The notes under the pieces are model-generated. The model worked only from the letters and a program-made list of their open reading frames with translations. It was not told the origin of the DNA and did no database searches. Shown one piece after another: positions 1-13,213 of a DNA stretch of 64,000 nucleotides (its first letter is position 1; every line of letters starts with the position of its first letter). This stretch comes from Octopus sinensis. Taxonomy: Eukaryota. The translations under genes were made by a program, and so were the position numbers. The DNA is taken from the NCBI RefSeq assembly GCF_006345805.1, contig NC_043017.1, forward strand, positions 31,310,001 through 31,374,000. The letters are read 5' to 3'.

Positions 1-35
1 AGCAAGCTACTTACCACACAGCCACTCCTGCGCCT
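1..35 (-). mobile_element. 5' tRNA-like head of SINE family A, cut by the window edge
   Basis: Reverse complement of GGCGCAGGAGTGGCTGTGTGGTAAGTAGCTTGCT, identical to heads of full A copies. Confidence 0.85.
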
Positions 36-59
36 ATAATGGTGTATATACATATATTT

Positions 60-445
60 GTGCGTGTGTGTGTGTGTGTGCGTGCTTATATGTGTGTGTG
101 CTTATATATGTGTGTGTGTGCTTATATGTGTGTGTTTGCTTCTATGTGTGTGTGTGTGCTTATATGTGTGTGTGTGCTTATATGTGTGTGTTTGCTTATA
201 TGTGTGATTGCTTATATGTGTGTGCTTATATGTGTGTGTGTGTGCTTATATGTGTGTGTGTGTGCTTATATGTGTGTGTGTGCTTATATGTCTGTGTGTG
301 CTTATATGTGTGTGTGTCCTTATATGTGTGCTTGCTTATACCGGTGTGCTTATATGTGTGTGTGTGTGCTTATATATGTGTGTGTGTGCTTATATGTGTG
401 TGTGAGCTTATGTGTGTGTGTGTGTGTGTGTGTGTGTTTGTATGT
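60..445. repeat. Compound (TG)n-CTTATA minisatellite
   Basis: Roughly 20 units of a variable (TG)n run followed by CTTATA; explains the three overlapping V/C/Y/M ORFs. Confidence 0.95.
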
Positions 446-579
446 CTGATTGTCTGAGTTCGTATATTTCTGTGATACTTTTGATGACTCCTTAGGTTCT
501 GGTGAAATTATTTGCGAATTCTAGAGGAAGCCTCGGCCTGAACGTAAATGATTTCTTCTTGTGTGTAAGACGAATGAGT

Positions 580-961
580 GGATGCGCAATGGCCCAGTGG
601 TTAGGGCAGCGGACTCGCGGTCATAGGATCGCGGATTCGATTCGCAGACCGGGCGTTGTGAGTGTTTATTGAGCGAAAACACCTAAAAGCTCCACGAGGC
701 TCCGGCAGGGGATGGTGGTGATCCCTGCTGTACTCTTTCACCACAACTTTCTCTCACTCTTACTTCATGTTTCTGTTGTACCTGTATTTCAAAGGGCCGG
801 CCTTGTCACTCTCTGTGTCACGCTGAATATCCCCGAGAACTACATTAAGGGTACACGTGTCTGTGGAATGCTCAGCCACTTACACGTTAATTTCACGAGC
901 AGGCTGTTCCGTTGATCGGATCAACCGGAACCCTCGTCGTCGTAACCGACGGAGTGCTTCA
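580..961 (+). mobile_element. tRNA-derived SINE, head B + tail 1
   Basis: tRNA-Arg-like head with A box TGGCCCAGTGG and B box GATTCGATTCG; tail ends GTCGTAACCGACGGAGTGCTTC; near-identical to 13214 and 23862 copies. Confidence 0.9.
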
Positions 962-1200
962 AAGATGAATGTATGAATGCATGCTTCAATAATATTAGGT
1001 TTGAAACTGAAAGGGTATCTTGGGTACTGGACGTGCAAATTCCTCATCAGTGGCCTATAGATGTCATCTTTCTCTTATATTTTTCTAACCCCATTCGCAT
1101 CCAGAGGGCGACTGATTTTCATAATAGTACATCATCTTTTTTGTGATCCCACACAATGATATCTTGCCTTTTGTACTTTCACTTGATGTGTATGTATATA

Positions 1201-1425
1201 TATTTCTTTACTACCCACAAGGGGCTAAACACAGAGGAGACAAACAAGGACAGACATTAAGTCGATTACATCGACCCCAGTGCGTAACTGGTACTTTATT
1301 TATCGACCCCAAAAGGATGAAAGGCAAAGTCGACCTCGGCGGAATTTGAACTCAGAACGTAACGACAGACGAAATACCGCTTAGCATTTCACCCGGCGCG
1401 CTAACGTTTCTGCCAGCCCGCCGCC
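1201..1425 (-). mobile_element. tRNA-derived SINE family C, full length
   Basis: Head GGCGGCGGGCTGGCAGAAACGTTAG, central GCCTTTCATCCTTTTGGGGTCGATAAA, tail GTGGGTAGTAAAGAAATA; TGTATGTATATA repeated at 1189-1200 and 1426-1437 (probable TSD in microsatellite). Confidence 0.9.
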
Positions 1426-1695
1426 TGTATGTATATATGTATGTATGTATGTATCTATGTATGCATACACACATATATTATGTGAGTATACATATATATC
1501 TGTAGGTGCATGAGTATCTATGTATCATTATCACAATATTCTTCGTCATCATCATTAAGTTTCTACGTTAGATTTTTTTAACAGTCGGGTTGGACTCGCA
1601 TTATCACTGATGTGCTTTTTGTCAAGTGCATGCTCTCCCTCTCATCAGAACCTACAAGCGCATATGTGTGCATATATTCCCTTTCCCTTTTCCAT

Positions 1696-2350
1696 TTTAC
1701 TTGTTTCAGTCACTTGACTGTGGCCATGCTGGAGCACCGCCTTTAGTCGAGCAAATCGATCCCAGGACTTATTCTTTTGTAAGCCTAGTACTTATTCTAT
1801 CGGTCTCTTTTGCCGAACTGCTACATTACGGGGACGTAAACACACTAGCATCGGTTGTCAAGCGATGTTAGGGGAGGAGCAAACACAGAAACACAAACAT
1901 ATATATATATACATATATACGACGGGCTTCTTTCAGTTTCCGTGTACCAAATCCACTCACAAGGCTTTGGTCGGCCCGGGGCTATAGTAGAAGACACTTG
2001 CCCAAGGTGCCATGCAGTGGGACTGAATCCGGAACAATGTGGTTGGTAAGCTGGTGAGCTGTGAGCGGTGGTAAGCTGGTAAGCGGTGAACTGGCAGAAA
2101 CGTTAGCGCGCCGGGCGAAATGCTGAGCGGTATTTCGTCTGCGTTACGTTGTGAGTTCAAATTCCGCCGAGGTCGACTTTGCCTTTCATCCTTTCGGGGT
2201 CGATGAATTAAGTACCAGTTACGCACTGGCGTCGATGTAATCGACTTAATACCTATGTCTGTCCTTGTTTGTCCCCTCCGTGTTTAGCCCCTTGTGGGTA
2301 ATAAAGAAATAGGTAAGCAAGCTACTTACCACACAGCCACTCCTGCGCCT
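1696..2350 (-). mobile_element. SINE family A interrupted in its head by a family C SINE
   Basis: A body 1696-2051, A head resumes 2312-2350; GGTAAGC duplicated at 2045-2051 and 2312-2318. Confidence 0.9.
2052..2311 (+). mobile_element. SINE family C nested in family A, 7 bp TSD
   Basis: Full C body ending AAAGAAATA, flanked by GGTAAGC; stuttered 5' junction at 2052-2090. Confidence 0.9.
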
Positions 2351-2726
2351 AGGTTTAATAATAATGTGGTGCATCCCACATCCGTAAATATTGAAGGGTA
2401 TATCTCTTAAACAACAATAACAAGGACAAAAGCAGCAACAGCGGCAGCAGTAGCAGCAGCAACGATAATTACGATTCTTGTTTTCACTGAATTATTCATA
2501 TCCACTTTATCTCATATGCCCATTCTTCCTTCTCATATTTTTATCAATACCCTCCTTATTATTTCGTGGTTGGTCTGGTGGTAGTGAGGTTAGTGTTTAC
2601 CATTAATTGCGTGATCTTTGGTTCTGCATATCTTATTTATTCCCACTCTGGCAAACACTTGGGCAATGACTGAAGTTTAACGATAACATTGATCTTTCTT
2701 CTTATCAGCATCAGAGGCCATGAAAA

Positions 2727-2900
2727 TATCATCATCATCATTTTTCCACCTGGTTGAACAACCAATCTCAACCAGTCGCGTTTCCTAGTTCGATCGATTT
2801 CCACACCTCTCGATCTTTCATCGCAACTCCAAGATCATTGATGGCAATTTATGAGTTATGCACAATAACTAAGGAAGCCAAATCCCTACGAAAGCCAGTT
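2727..2900 (-). mobile_element. Degraded 3' end of an RTE-clade LINE
   Basis: Minus strand reads INDLGVAMKDREVWKSI followed by an (ATG)n tail, resembling DFRNAMMDREVWRNIV of the 54155 element. Confidence 0.45.
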
Positions 2901-3267
2901 TGTTTTTGGAAGACCCTGTCGGCCTCAATAAGTGTATGATGAAATTATCTTTCCGTTTGCTAAGTCCGTTCCTGCTAAGCCGATTTAGCCTCTTTCATCT
3001 TCCCTTGGTGTACCTCTTCTAATTTACTAAAGGCACTCTAAGGCTTTTGTAATACTGCTGTATTACGATAGCATAGGCTTACGTGTACTTCTCACACTGA
3101 CTTACTTGAAGACACTGTTCTACTGCATGGGCTTTAGCTACTATGGTCTGTGCTTAGTAGGGACCCTTGACTTCTTTAATGGCGGTGCCCCAGCATGGTC
3201 ACAGATCGTGAACTGAACCTAGATAAATAAAAAAATAAAAATAAAATAAAATAAAAAATAACCAACT

Positions 3268-3441
3268 AGACGCAGGAGTGGCTGTGTGGTAAGTAGCTTG
3301 CTTACCAACTACATGGTTCCGGGTTCAGTCCCACTGCGTGGCATCTTGGGCAAGTGTCTTCTGCTATAGCCCCGGGTCGACCAATGCCTTGTGAGTGGAT
3401 TTGGTAGACGGAAACTGAAAGAAGCCTGTCGTATATATGTT

Positions 3442-3510
<69 letters not shown>

Positions 3511-3727
3511 TGTGTCTGTGTTTGTTCCCCCTAGCATTGCTTGACAACCGATGCTGGTGTGCTTATGTCCCCGTTACTTAGCAGTTCGGCAAAACAGACT
3601 GATAGAATAAGTACTGGGCTTACAAAAGAATAAGTCCCGGGGGTCGATTTGCTCGACTAAAGGCGGTGCTCCAGCATGACCGCAGTCAAATGACCGAAAC
3701 AAGTAAAAGAGTAAAAGAGTAAGAGTA
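3268..3727 (+). mobile_element. SINE family A, full length
   Basis: A box TGGCTGTGTGG, B box GGTTCAGTCCC, internal TA/TG microsatellite, tail ACCGAAACAAGTAAAAGAGTAAAAGAG. Confidence 0.92.
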
Positions 3728-3899
3728 ACTAATTCTAGGTATCTCTGACAGAGACGCATACATAGTGACTTCAGCTTTCCATATATTTGTTATGGGTGTG
3801 TTATGATCACTCTAGTGTATGGTTTGTGCTCTGAAAAAGAAGCTGGTGAATGTACCATCCAGTTGTTTATGTCTACGTTTCTGCTCCACACATCAAAAT

Positions 3900-4070
3900 T
3901 TGATCAACTAGAGCTTGAATGGAGGTCACTATCCGTCAACATCGTAAACAGGGTAAAACACTTCAAATATCTTGGCGCACACATTATCAACTCACAAAAG
4001 GGTTTCCGCATTCGAAAAGCACTGGGAGGCCTGCAATAACTAAACTAGATATGGCACCACATATTAAACA
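3900..4070 (+). mobile_element. RTE-clade LINE ORF fragment just downstream of the RT domain
   Basis: VKHFKYLGAHIINSQKGFRIRKAL, the FKYLG motif region; followed by frameshift and stops. Confidence 0.6.
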
Positions 4071-4183
4071 ACAAAATATAAAATTGAGCTATTTCAAGCC
4101 CGAGCTGAATGAAAATATTAAGGGCCATGTCCATTATCCTTCCCCCTCTGACAAAAACTACAAGCAAAATGCCATACATATTT

Positions 4184-4592
4184 CAGGAGTGGCTGTGTGG
4201 TAAGTAGCTTGCTTACCAATCACGTAGTTCCGGGTTTAGTCCCACTGCGTGGCACCTTGGGTAAGTGTCTTCTACCATAGCCCCGGGCCGACGAAAGCCT
4301 TGTGAGTGGATTTGGTAGACAGAAACTGAAAGAAACCCGTCGTATATATGTATATGTGTATGTATGTGTGTGTATATGTTTGTGTGTCTGTGTTTATTAC
4401 CCCAACATCGCTTGACAACCAATGCTGGTGTATTTGCGTCCCAGTAACTTAGACGTTCGGCAAAAGAGACCGATAGAGTAAGTACTAGGCTTACAAAGAA
4501 TAAGTGCTGGGGTCGATTTGCTCGACTAAAAGGCGGTGCTCCAGCATGGCCACAGTCAAATTACTGAAACAAGTAAAAGAACAGAAGAGTAA
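4184..4592 (+). mobile_element. SINE family A
   Basis: Same head, microsatellite and tail as 3268. Confidence 0.9.
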
Positions 4593-4822
4593 TCCCCTGA
4601 ATGTTTTTACTTGAGATTAAGTGTGTGACTCTCTTCCAACAGAACGTTACCTGACAGTTGGAGATAATTAATGGATGAGAATCAGGACAATAGCAGTATT
4701 ACTAGACCATGTACGCCTAGAACTATGCCACGTCAGACGGAAAGTATAAAAAGCAAGTCAAGTATAGGCTAGGTCTGGGTCGTAAACACATGAGCAGTGA
4801 AAGAAAGGTATCTTAACTTAAT

Positions 4823-5104
4823 GCTCCAGAGCGTCGGCTGCGGGGTCGCTCCGAAAAGCTCTATCTGCGACGATTTCAGCTCAATCGAAGGAGAGGGGCT
4901 TCCTCCGTCCGGGTTGTGGATCCGTGGAATAAGCTGCTGGACGAGATAGTGAAGATGCCGACGACCGCTCGGTTCAAAGTCTCTCTTGACCAGAAATGGC
5001 CTGAACTCTTTGCATGAACATCCTCCCTGTACATAACTCCATGTCTCCCTACATGGCCTTGCTTTTTGCTTTTTGAGCCAAAAAAATTAACTTAACTTAA
5101 CTTA
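4823..5104 (+). mobile_element. 5'-truncated CR1-clade LINE 3' end with (AACTT)n tail
   Basis: APERRLRGRSEKLYLRRFQLNRRRGASSVRVVDPWNKLLDEIVKMPTTARFKVSLDQKWPELFA*; near-identical to 42461-42821. Confidence 0.88.
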
Positions 5105-5142
5105 TCTTCAGCTACGCGTCTATTTCTATCCTATATGTGTGA

Positions 5143-5508
5143 TCTTGTATCTATAATAATGTTCGTCCTTCGGTTCGAAGATGACCAACTGACATCATCT
5201 GATTGAACTGGCGCCATGAGACCGGAGGTGGCTGGTGAGGCCAATCCGGGCAAGGAAGCCCCTCCCACAGGTGGGGCAGAAGTGGGTAGGGGCCGTGCTA
5301 CTGGTGCAGGCGGCTCTGGCTTTACGCATCTGACGTTTCTGCTCCGCTGACCGAATCCGTCCCTCCTCGGCTGTCCCTGCTCCCACGGTGATTGCGCTGC
5401 GCCAGGATGAGCGGTTGGCAGCAAGTGTCTCCCAGGTCTCTGTTCCGATGGAGAAGTATTTGAGAGAGACCATGAGACTATCCTTGTAGCGCTTTTTCTT
5501 GTATATAT
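5143..5508 (-). mobile_element. 5'-truncated RTE (BovB-like) LINE 3' end with C2H2-like tip and TSD
   Basis: KRYKDSLMVSLK...WETLAANRSSWR...CPTCGRGFLARIGLTSHLRSH; short (ATT)n tail; TCTTGTAT at 5143-5150 and 5497-5504 (12 bp with one mismatch). Confidence 0.9.
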
Positions 5509-5664
5509 ATCACATATAAATAGTCACCCAGATTTTTTTCTGTCTCATAGGAGGAAACTAATAATTTTGGCGGCTGGAAGGATGAAGAATAGTGTCTCGA
5601 AAGAGGAACCAGGATAAGCACCAAAAAAATCGGGATGAATATCATGGGGTCTACAAAGCTAACC

Positions 5665-6063
5665 AGAGACGTTGGCACACCGGGCGAAATACGCAGCCGT
5701 ATTTCGTCTGCTGCTACGTTCTGAGTTCAAATTCTGCCGAGGTCGACTTTGCCTTTCATCCTTTCGGGGTCGATAAGTTAAGTACCAGTTACGCACTGGG
5801 GTCGATGTAATCGACTTAATCCGTTTGTCTGTCCTTGTTTGTCCTCTCTGTGTTTCGCCCCTTGTGGGTAGTAAAGAAATAGGTATTTCGTCTGCCGCTA
5901 CGTTCTGAGTTCAAATTCCGCCGAGGTCGACTTAGCCTTTCATCCTTTCGGGGTCGATAAGTTAAGTACTAGTTACGCACTGGGGTCGATGTAATCGACT
6001 TAATCCATTTGTCTGTCCTTGTTTGTCCCCTCTTCGTTTAGCCCCTTGTGGGTAGTAAAGAAA
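5665..6063 (+). mobile_element. SINE family C tandem dimer
   Basis: Second unit starts GGTATTTCGT at 5882, directly after AAAGAAATA of the first. Confidence 0.9.
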
Positions 6064-6927
6064 CACATCTTGCGTTAGCAAGGCGGGGGTTTATCTTAAA
6101 GCGTTTGTCGTTGTTGTTGTGGTGTGTTATGTGGTACAAACCAATATATTTTACATAGTTGGACGACGACTCAGACAAAGCGACAGCTTTACAAAGGAAG
6201 TGATAAGTACAATTAACTACAAGACGTAGAACTGAACGATGAAAAGAGGAAATTTCAAAAGGATTTGTCTGCTACCAGACTTATTGATAATAAGAGAAAA
6301 ACAGAGACGACGTTTCTCAAGTCGGTAAGAGGTCCTCAAAAACAGACACAGAGAGAAAGAGAAGGAGGGAAAAAGAGGGAGGCGGAAGAGAAATTCAGAG
6401 AGAATGAGATGGAGACGGAAACAAATACAGCTGGCAAGAACTTGTGATGGCTTTCTAATTGATCAACGTACGCTACCCAACATAACAAGTAGACGTCGTG
6501 TCAAATAACTGTGCAAATTAATTACACGGATATTTTAATTTACTTACTTCTTTATGCTACGAAAAGTAAAAGACACTACAGAATTGTTGATAGTATATGC
6601 GACTGAGTGTGCGTGTGTTTGCATAAGTGTGGCTAAGTGGACATAATAAAGACCTCCTAAGCCATCACACTCCTGCAGATGTAGGATGGTAGAGTTGGGT
6701 GAAATGGAGCGATATATTTGCGTTTAGCCACAGATTTATATAACATCTTACTGTGTGTCTACAAAAACACACACACATACACACATTTAGGTATTTATAT
6801 AGAAGTAGAGCAATTTTGTATACACCAAAGCATAATTTGTACACACCAAAATCCGACTCACACGCATGAAGCTAGGTTGTATATATTATATTCTTCATCT
6901 TTCATCTTTTATTTGTGTCAGAAATAT

Positions 6928-6983
<56 letters not shown>

Positions 6984-7052
6984 GATAGATAGATAGATAG
7001 ATAAGATACATACATACATACATAAATACATACATACACAAACATACATACC

Positions 7053-7085
<33 letters not shown>

Positions 7086-7090
7086 CATAC

Positions 7091-7619
<529 letters not shown>

Positions 7620-7660
7620 TTATATATATATATATATTATATAATTATTAATGAGATGAT

Positions 7661-8026
7661 TTAAGAGGTACCACCATGCTTACAATAGCAGTCAAAACCC
7701 GACTCTAAAAACCACATCAAGTGTTTAATACAGCACAAACTGAAAGGTCAAGTAGATAAACTAATATATGTATGTACACCTGCGTATACGCGAGTATTCG
7801 TATGTTTGTGTGTATATGTATGTAATTATGTACAACTCTTGGTTTTATTTCATTGACGAAAGAAAAGTATTTTTATACAGAGTCAGAAATCCAGGGTCTG
7901 GGTTTATCCAATTTTTACTAGTTTACTTAAATATTTGTCTTTTCATCTTGTGCTGTGTTGATCACTTCTGTGTGGTTTTAAGAGTCAGGTTTTGACTGCT
8001 ATTTCAAGCATGGTGGTATCTCTTAG
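7661..8026. mobile_element. Inverted-repeat (MITE/foldback-like) element
   Basis: Arms 7661-7751 and 7935-8026 are ~90 bp imperfect reverse complements. Confidence 0.65.
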
Positions 8027-8183
8027 ATACCCTTATTTATAATTTTAATAATAATTATAAACTTTAAGGATTTCTTCCCACGCTACCACTTGATATGTTT
8101 GACCATTAATTAGAATAACGATCTTATCCTTATTCATATAGAATATATATATATATATATAATATATATTATATTATACATAT

Positions 8184-8215
<32 letters not shown>

Positions 8216-8334
8216 GTGTGGTGTGTGTGTGGCGTATATACATATATACACACATACATATATGTATATATATACATATATATAAACACACACACATACA
8301 TATATACATATATTATGTATGTAATATATTATAC

Positions 8335-8401
<67 letters not shown>

Positions 8402-8486
8402 TGTAGGATAAATTTTTTTCGAAAAAAATTCTATCAATATCCAGCATATTAAAAAATACCATTAAAGGTTAAAATTATAAACAAAC

Positions 8487-8586
8487 AAATAAGGGCAAAC
8501 GAAAAAATTTCTAATGCCAAATATGCTGAAAATATGTCCAATTTTCGGCATATTGGCATTAGAAATTTTTTCGTTTGCCCTTATTT
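8487..8586. repeat. ~45 bp-arm palindrome
   Basis: AAATAAGGGCAAACGAAAAAATTTCTAATGCCAAATATGCTGAAAAT, 7 nt loop, then its near reverse complement. Confidence 0.85.
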
Positions 8587-8594
8587 ATAAATTG

Positions 8595-8644
<50 letters not shown>

Positions 8645-8648
<4 letters not shown>

Positions 8649-8795
8649 CGTCGGGTTTCTTTCAGTGTCCGTCTATCATAACCACACATAAGGCCTTTGT
8701 TGGCGCGAGGCTCTAAACGAAGACAGTTGTCAAATCTCTCCCGCAGTGGTACTGAACCCGGAACCTGGTGGTTGGGAAGCAAGTTTCTTACCACA
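8645..8795 (-). mobile_element. Diverged SINE A head
   Basis: Recognisable A-head sequence with many substitutions. Confidence 0.7.
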
Positions 8796-9215
8796 CAGCC
8801 ATATGTATTCGTCAGCGTATGTGTGTGTGTGTGTGAATATGATGCAACGGTTCATTTTTACGTACGAAGGCGATAGTTTGTGGCGAGAAGCTCTTTGATG
8901 ATATACACTTGTCTGCAACGTTAATGTATCGATCCCGGAAATATGAAGAGCTTTGTTGAAATCTGGACGTAGAATCGGAAGCACAATAAAAAGTTATAAA
9001 TAAATGAATAGATATGTATGTATGAACCTTATACTATAGTTGAGAATCTATATATGACTGCATATATACCTACATACACATACGTATATGTACATATATA
9101 TATATATATATATAATATATATATAATATATGTATATAATATATATATGTGCGTGTGTGGTGTATATATATATATAATATATGTATTATGCATGTATAAT
9201 ATGTATATGTATATA

Positions 9216-9255
<40 letters not shown>

Positions 9256-9264
<9 letters not shown>

Positions 9265-9655
9265 TATTCGAGACAAAACCACTATTTTGCAAAACAAACA
9301 AGGAAAGACTAATTAATACATAAAATTTTAATAAATAGTCAAAAAAAACCGCCACTACAATCGTTTCTTGTCTTGATCGAAATCTTCAGGTGGACTTCCA
9401 ATAATCAGTGTCAAATTATGACACTGAATTATTGGAAGTCCACCTGAAGATTATCGATCAAGACAAGAAACGATTGTAGTGGCGGTTTTTTTTTGACTAT
9501 TATTAAAATTTTATGTATTAATTAAGTCTTTCCTTGTTTGTTTTGCAAAATAGTGGTTTTGTCTCGAATAATATTTTATAATATTTTATTATAAATCGAT
9601 TTAATCCTAAATCTGATGTTTCCCTGTAAATTTGGATTTATCCCTAATATTTATT
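9256..9655. mobile_element. Palindromic Penelope-like non-autonomous element with a hammerhead motif in each arm
   Basis: Arms 9256-9413 and 9419-9579, loop AATTA; CCAC-CTGAAGA-...-GAAA-CGATTG-TA-GTGG at 9440-9482; tail shared with 28200, 34030 and 40395; embedded in (TA)n. Confidence 0.75.
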
Positions 9656-9686
9656 ATTATATATATATATATATATGTATATATAT

Positions 9687-9740
<54 letters not shown>

Positions 9741-9837
9741 AACACTCATACTTATATATGTCAATATATTGCACGTAAATTCACACGCATTTATGTATGT
9801 GTATAACATATTTATATTTATTCATGAACAGAGTTAT

Positions 9838-9886
<49 letters not shown>

Positions 9887-10184
9887 AAGACAAACTAGAC
9901 AGAGTGACAGATACATAGATACATAGCTAAAAATATAGATAGATACATTGATAGACAGATATGAAGAGAGAGAGAAAGAGAGAGAGAGAGAGACTATATA
10001 TGTGTGTCTGTGTGTCTGTATACACACACACCTCGTCTGAAGAGCTACTTTCTAAAATAAAAATATTTTTTTTTTTTATAAAACGATCATAATTTTCTTT
10101 CGATCCGATCTTCGAAACAATATTAAAAAGGAGGGACTTGACATATATCACTAATTGGTTTTCTGTGATTACTTCTACTTTATA

Positions 10185-10740
10185 ATATACATAGATACAT
10201 ACTTACGTACATACATACATACATACATACATACATACATACATACATACATACATACATAAAAACATACATACATACATACGTACATAAATGCATACCT
10301 ACATACATACATACATTCATACATACATACATACATACATACATACATACATACATACATACATGCATGCATACATACATGCATACATACATACAAACAT
10401 ACATACATGCATACATACATACATACATACATACATGCATACATACATACATACATACATACATACATGCATACATACGTACATACATACATACATACAC
10501 ACACACATACATACATACATACATACATAGATACATACATACATACATACACACATACATACATGCATACATACATACATACATACATGCCTACATACAT
10601 ATATACATACATACATGCATACATACATACATACATGCATACATATATACATACATACATACATGCATACATATATACATACATACATACATGCATACAT
10701 ATATACATACATAATACATACATACATACATACATACACA
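10185..10740. repeat. (ATAC)n microsatellite with ATGC variants
   Basis: Direct reading; source of the MYVC/HTYI pseudo-ORFs. Confidence 0.97.
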
Positions 10741-10902
10741 CACGCCGCATGCATGCATTCGCCTTTGCACACAAGACTTTATATTGGAATTAATCAGGAA
10801 ATAAAATGAGATTGACAATGTTTATACCAGTAAAGTATTATCACAGACACATACACACCACGTTGATACATACATGCATGCGTGTGTGTATATGTGTGTA
10901 TA

Positions 10903-11083
10903 TATTTCTTTACTAACCACAAGGGGCTAAACACAGAGGGAACAAACAAGGACAGACAAAGGGATTAAGTCGATTACATCGACCCCAGTGCGTAACTGGT
11001 ACTTAATTTATCGACCCCGAAAGGATGAAAGGAAAAGTCGACCTCGGTGGAATTTGAACTCGGAACGTAGCGGCAGACGAAAT
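10903..11083 (-). mobile_element. 5'-truncated SINE family C
   Basis: C body and tail without the A-box end. Confidence 0.88.
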
Positions 11084-11535
11084 GTGTATGTGTGTATGTG
11101 AGTCTATGTGTGTGTGTATAAACTCTTTTATATACACACACACACACACTCTTTTACCTTTCTACTTGCTTCAACCATGCGGCTGTGGTCATGCTGGAGC
11201 ATTATCATGGTCTTGCTAATGTTCTCAATCTGGAGTGTTTCACACCTGTATGCGCCCTTGTCCCCTCTGTCGGCCAATTTGGTGTATAGGTGAGTTTGAT
11301 TCCGCTGTAGTCGTCTGTACTTCATATCATGCTGTTGGTTCATCCGATATTGTGGACAGGGGTTTGTCTTGTTCCTTTTTGAAGACATCTACTTCCACCA
11401 TATGCAATTTAAAAAAATTTTGTAACGGGACATTGAAGAGCTGTTGGGCCTTTAGAGCTTACACCATCGCAGTACTTGAACCTGAATTTAGATGGAGTGG
11501 ATGGTACCTTTGGTACAATACAATGGCGGGCCAGT

Positions 11536-11944
11536 TACTCTTTACTCTTTTACTTGTTTCAGTTATTTGACTGCGGCCATGCTGGAGCACCGCCTTCAAT
11601 CGAGCAACTCGACCCCGGGACTTATTCTTTTGTAAGCCCAGTACTTATTCTATCGGTCTCTTTTGCCGAACCGCTAAGTAACGGGGACGTAAACACACCA
11701 GCATCGGTTGTGAAGCAATGCTAGGGGGACAAACACAGACACACAAACACACACACACACGCATATATATATAAACATATATACGACGGGCTTCTTTCAG
11801 TTTCCGTCTACCAAATCCACTCACAAGGCTTTGGTCGACCCGAGGCTATCGTAGAAGACACTTGCCCAAGGTGCCACGCAGTGGGACTGAACTCGGAACC
11901 ATGTGGTTGGTAAACAAGCTACTTACCACACAGCCACTCCTGCG
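11536..11944 (-). mobile_element. SINE family A, full length
   Basis: Complete head, microsatellite and tail. Confidence 0.92.
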
Positions 11945-12374
11945 TTATGGCATTTGTTTAACACTCAATGCCGAAATTAGGTACAAGCCCTTCTAGAGTT
12001 TTCCTTATGTAGATTATGATTATTGCATATCTATCACGCCTTCGCTCCAGGGAGTAAAGTTGCAGATTTTTCAGCCTCTCCCGCCACACTGTTTCAGTCC
12101 TTTAGTGTAATGGCGTTGGATTGCTTCAAGCTCCGCTATTATTAGAATAAGTTACCTTTTGAACTTTATCCGGTCATTGAAGGTCTAACAGAATTATGGC
12201 GCGGAGGCTGGCTAGTCATTCACATGTAGTTCTTATCGTTTCTATAAAATGGAACAAAAACGCAATAGAGGACAACAGAACATCCGGACAGATAGACGAT
12301 ACAAAGACGGATAGGAAAAACACAATAATTAGAGGGACAGAAAAAAAAGGGACGGGTCAGTCGTGGCCTTCTTT

Positions 12375-12408
<34 letters not shown>

Positions 12409-12484
12409 GTGTGTGTGTGGTGTGTGTGTGTGTATCTATGTATGTATATGTATATACAAATATACATATATCTATATATAAGAA

Positions 12485-12650
12485 AATAGTGGAGGGTCAG
12501 TTAATTACGATTTTGTCAACATATTCTCCTTTAAGATTCACACACTTATTGCAGGTTTTCTATGCCCTGTAAAAGACCTCGGAAGGCTGGGCCTCCGACC
12601 AGATCTTTCACGATACCCTTGAAGCCAGAAAATTTTCAGAACCCTCGTAT
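12485..12650 (-). mobile_element. Mariner-derived MITE remnant
   Basis: Minus strand starts TACGAGGGTTCTGAAAATTTTCT (TIR-like) and contains NKCVNLKGEYVDK, a mariner C-terminus; related to 29566-29740. Confidence 0.6.
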
Positions 12651-12806
12651 GTATGTATATATGTATGTATGTATGTATGTTCGTTTATTTATCTCTATGT
12701 ATCTATGTATCTATGAATGAACGTATGTATATCTGTATACGACATTATTTCTCTGTGAAGTGTGTGTGCTTGTGCGTGTGTGTTTCTGTGTGTGTATGTG
12801 TGTGTA

Positions 12807-12838
<32 letters not shown>

Positions 12839-13213
12839 TGTGTGTGTGTGCGTGTGTGTGTGTGTGTGTGTGTACTCGCGTGGATATTTTTATGGTCACA
12901 ACAAAACAAAGCCCTCCCTCGTATGAATGAGTGACTCGCTACGAGAGATATTTCTAGTAACAATGTCATGGAAAAAATGTTCCCATATTTTTAACTCCCT
13001 CTTCTTCATTCACAGTTGTGCTTTGATGTCAATAAAACATAAATGAGCAGTGAAAACGAATCTATCAGCTGCGTTCTATACACTTTGAAATCCTCTTGAG
13101 ACGACGAAGCTTTCCTTGAACAGAACGAACACCCGACAGTTGGAGACAATTGATGGATGGCAGTCAGAACTGTAACAGTAATTGCCAGATTGGCTTACAT
13201 GTATATCATGTAC

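Noticed and set aside
39-457. Cys/Val-rich ORFs of 129-136 aa
   Set aside because: Read-through of the TG-CTTATA minisatellite.
580-655. tRNA genes at SINE heads
   Set aside because: Poor cloverleaf pairing, and each head continues into a repeat body.
712-915. Conserved 67 aa ORF repeated at 13345 and 23993
   Set aside because: Lies within SINE B+tail 1; the conservation reflects young copy age.
10175-10809. Stack of 64-199 aa ORFs
   Set aside because: (ATAC)n has no stop codon in these frames.
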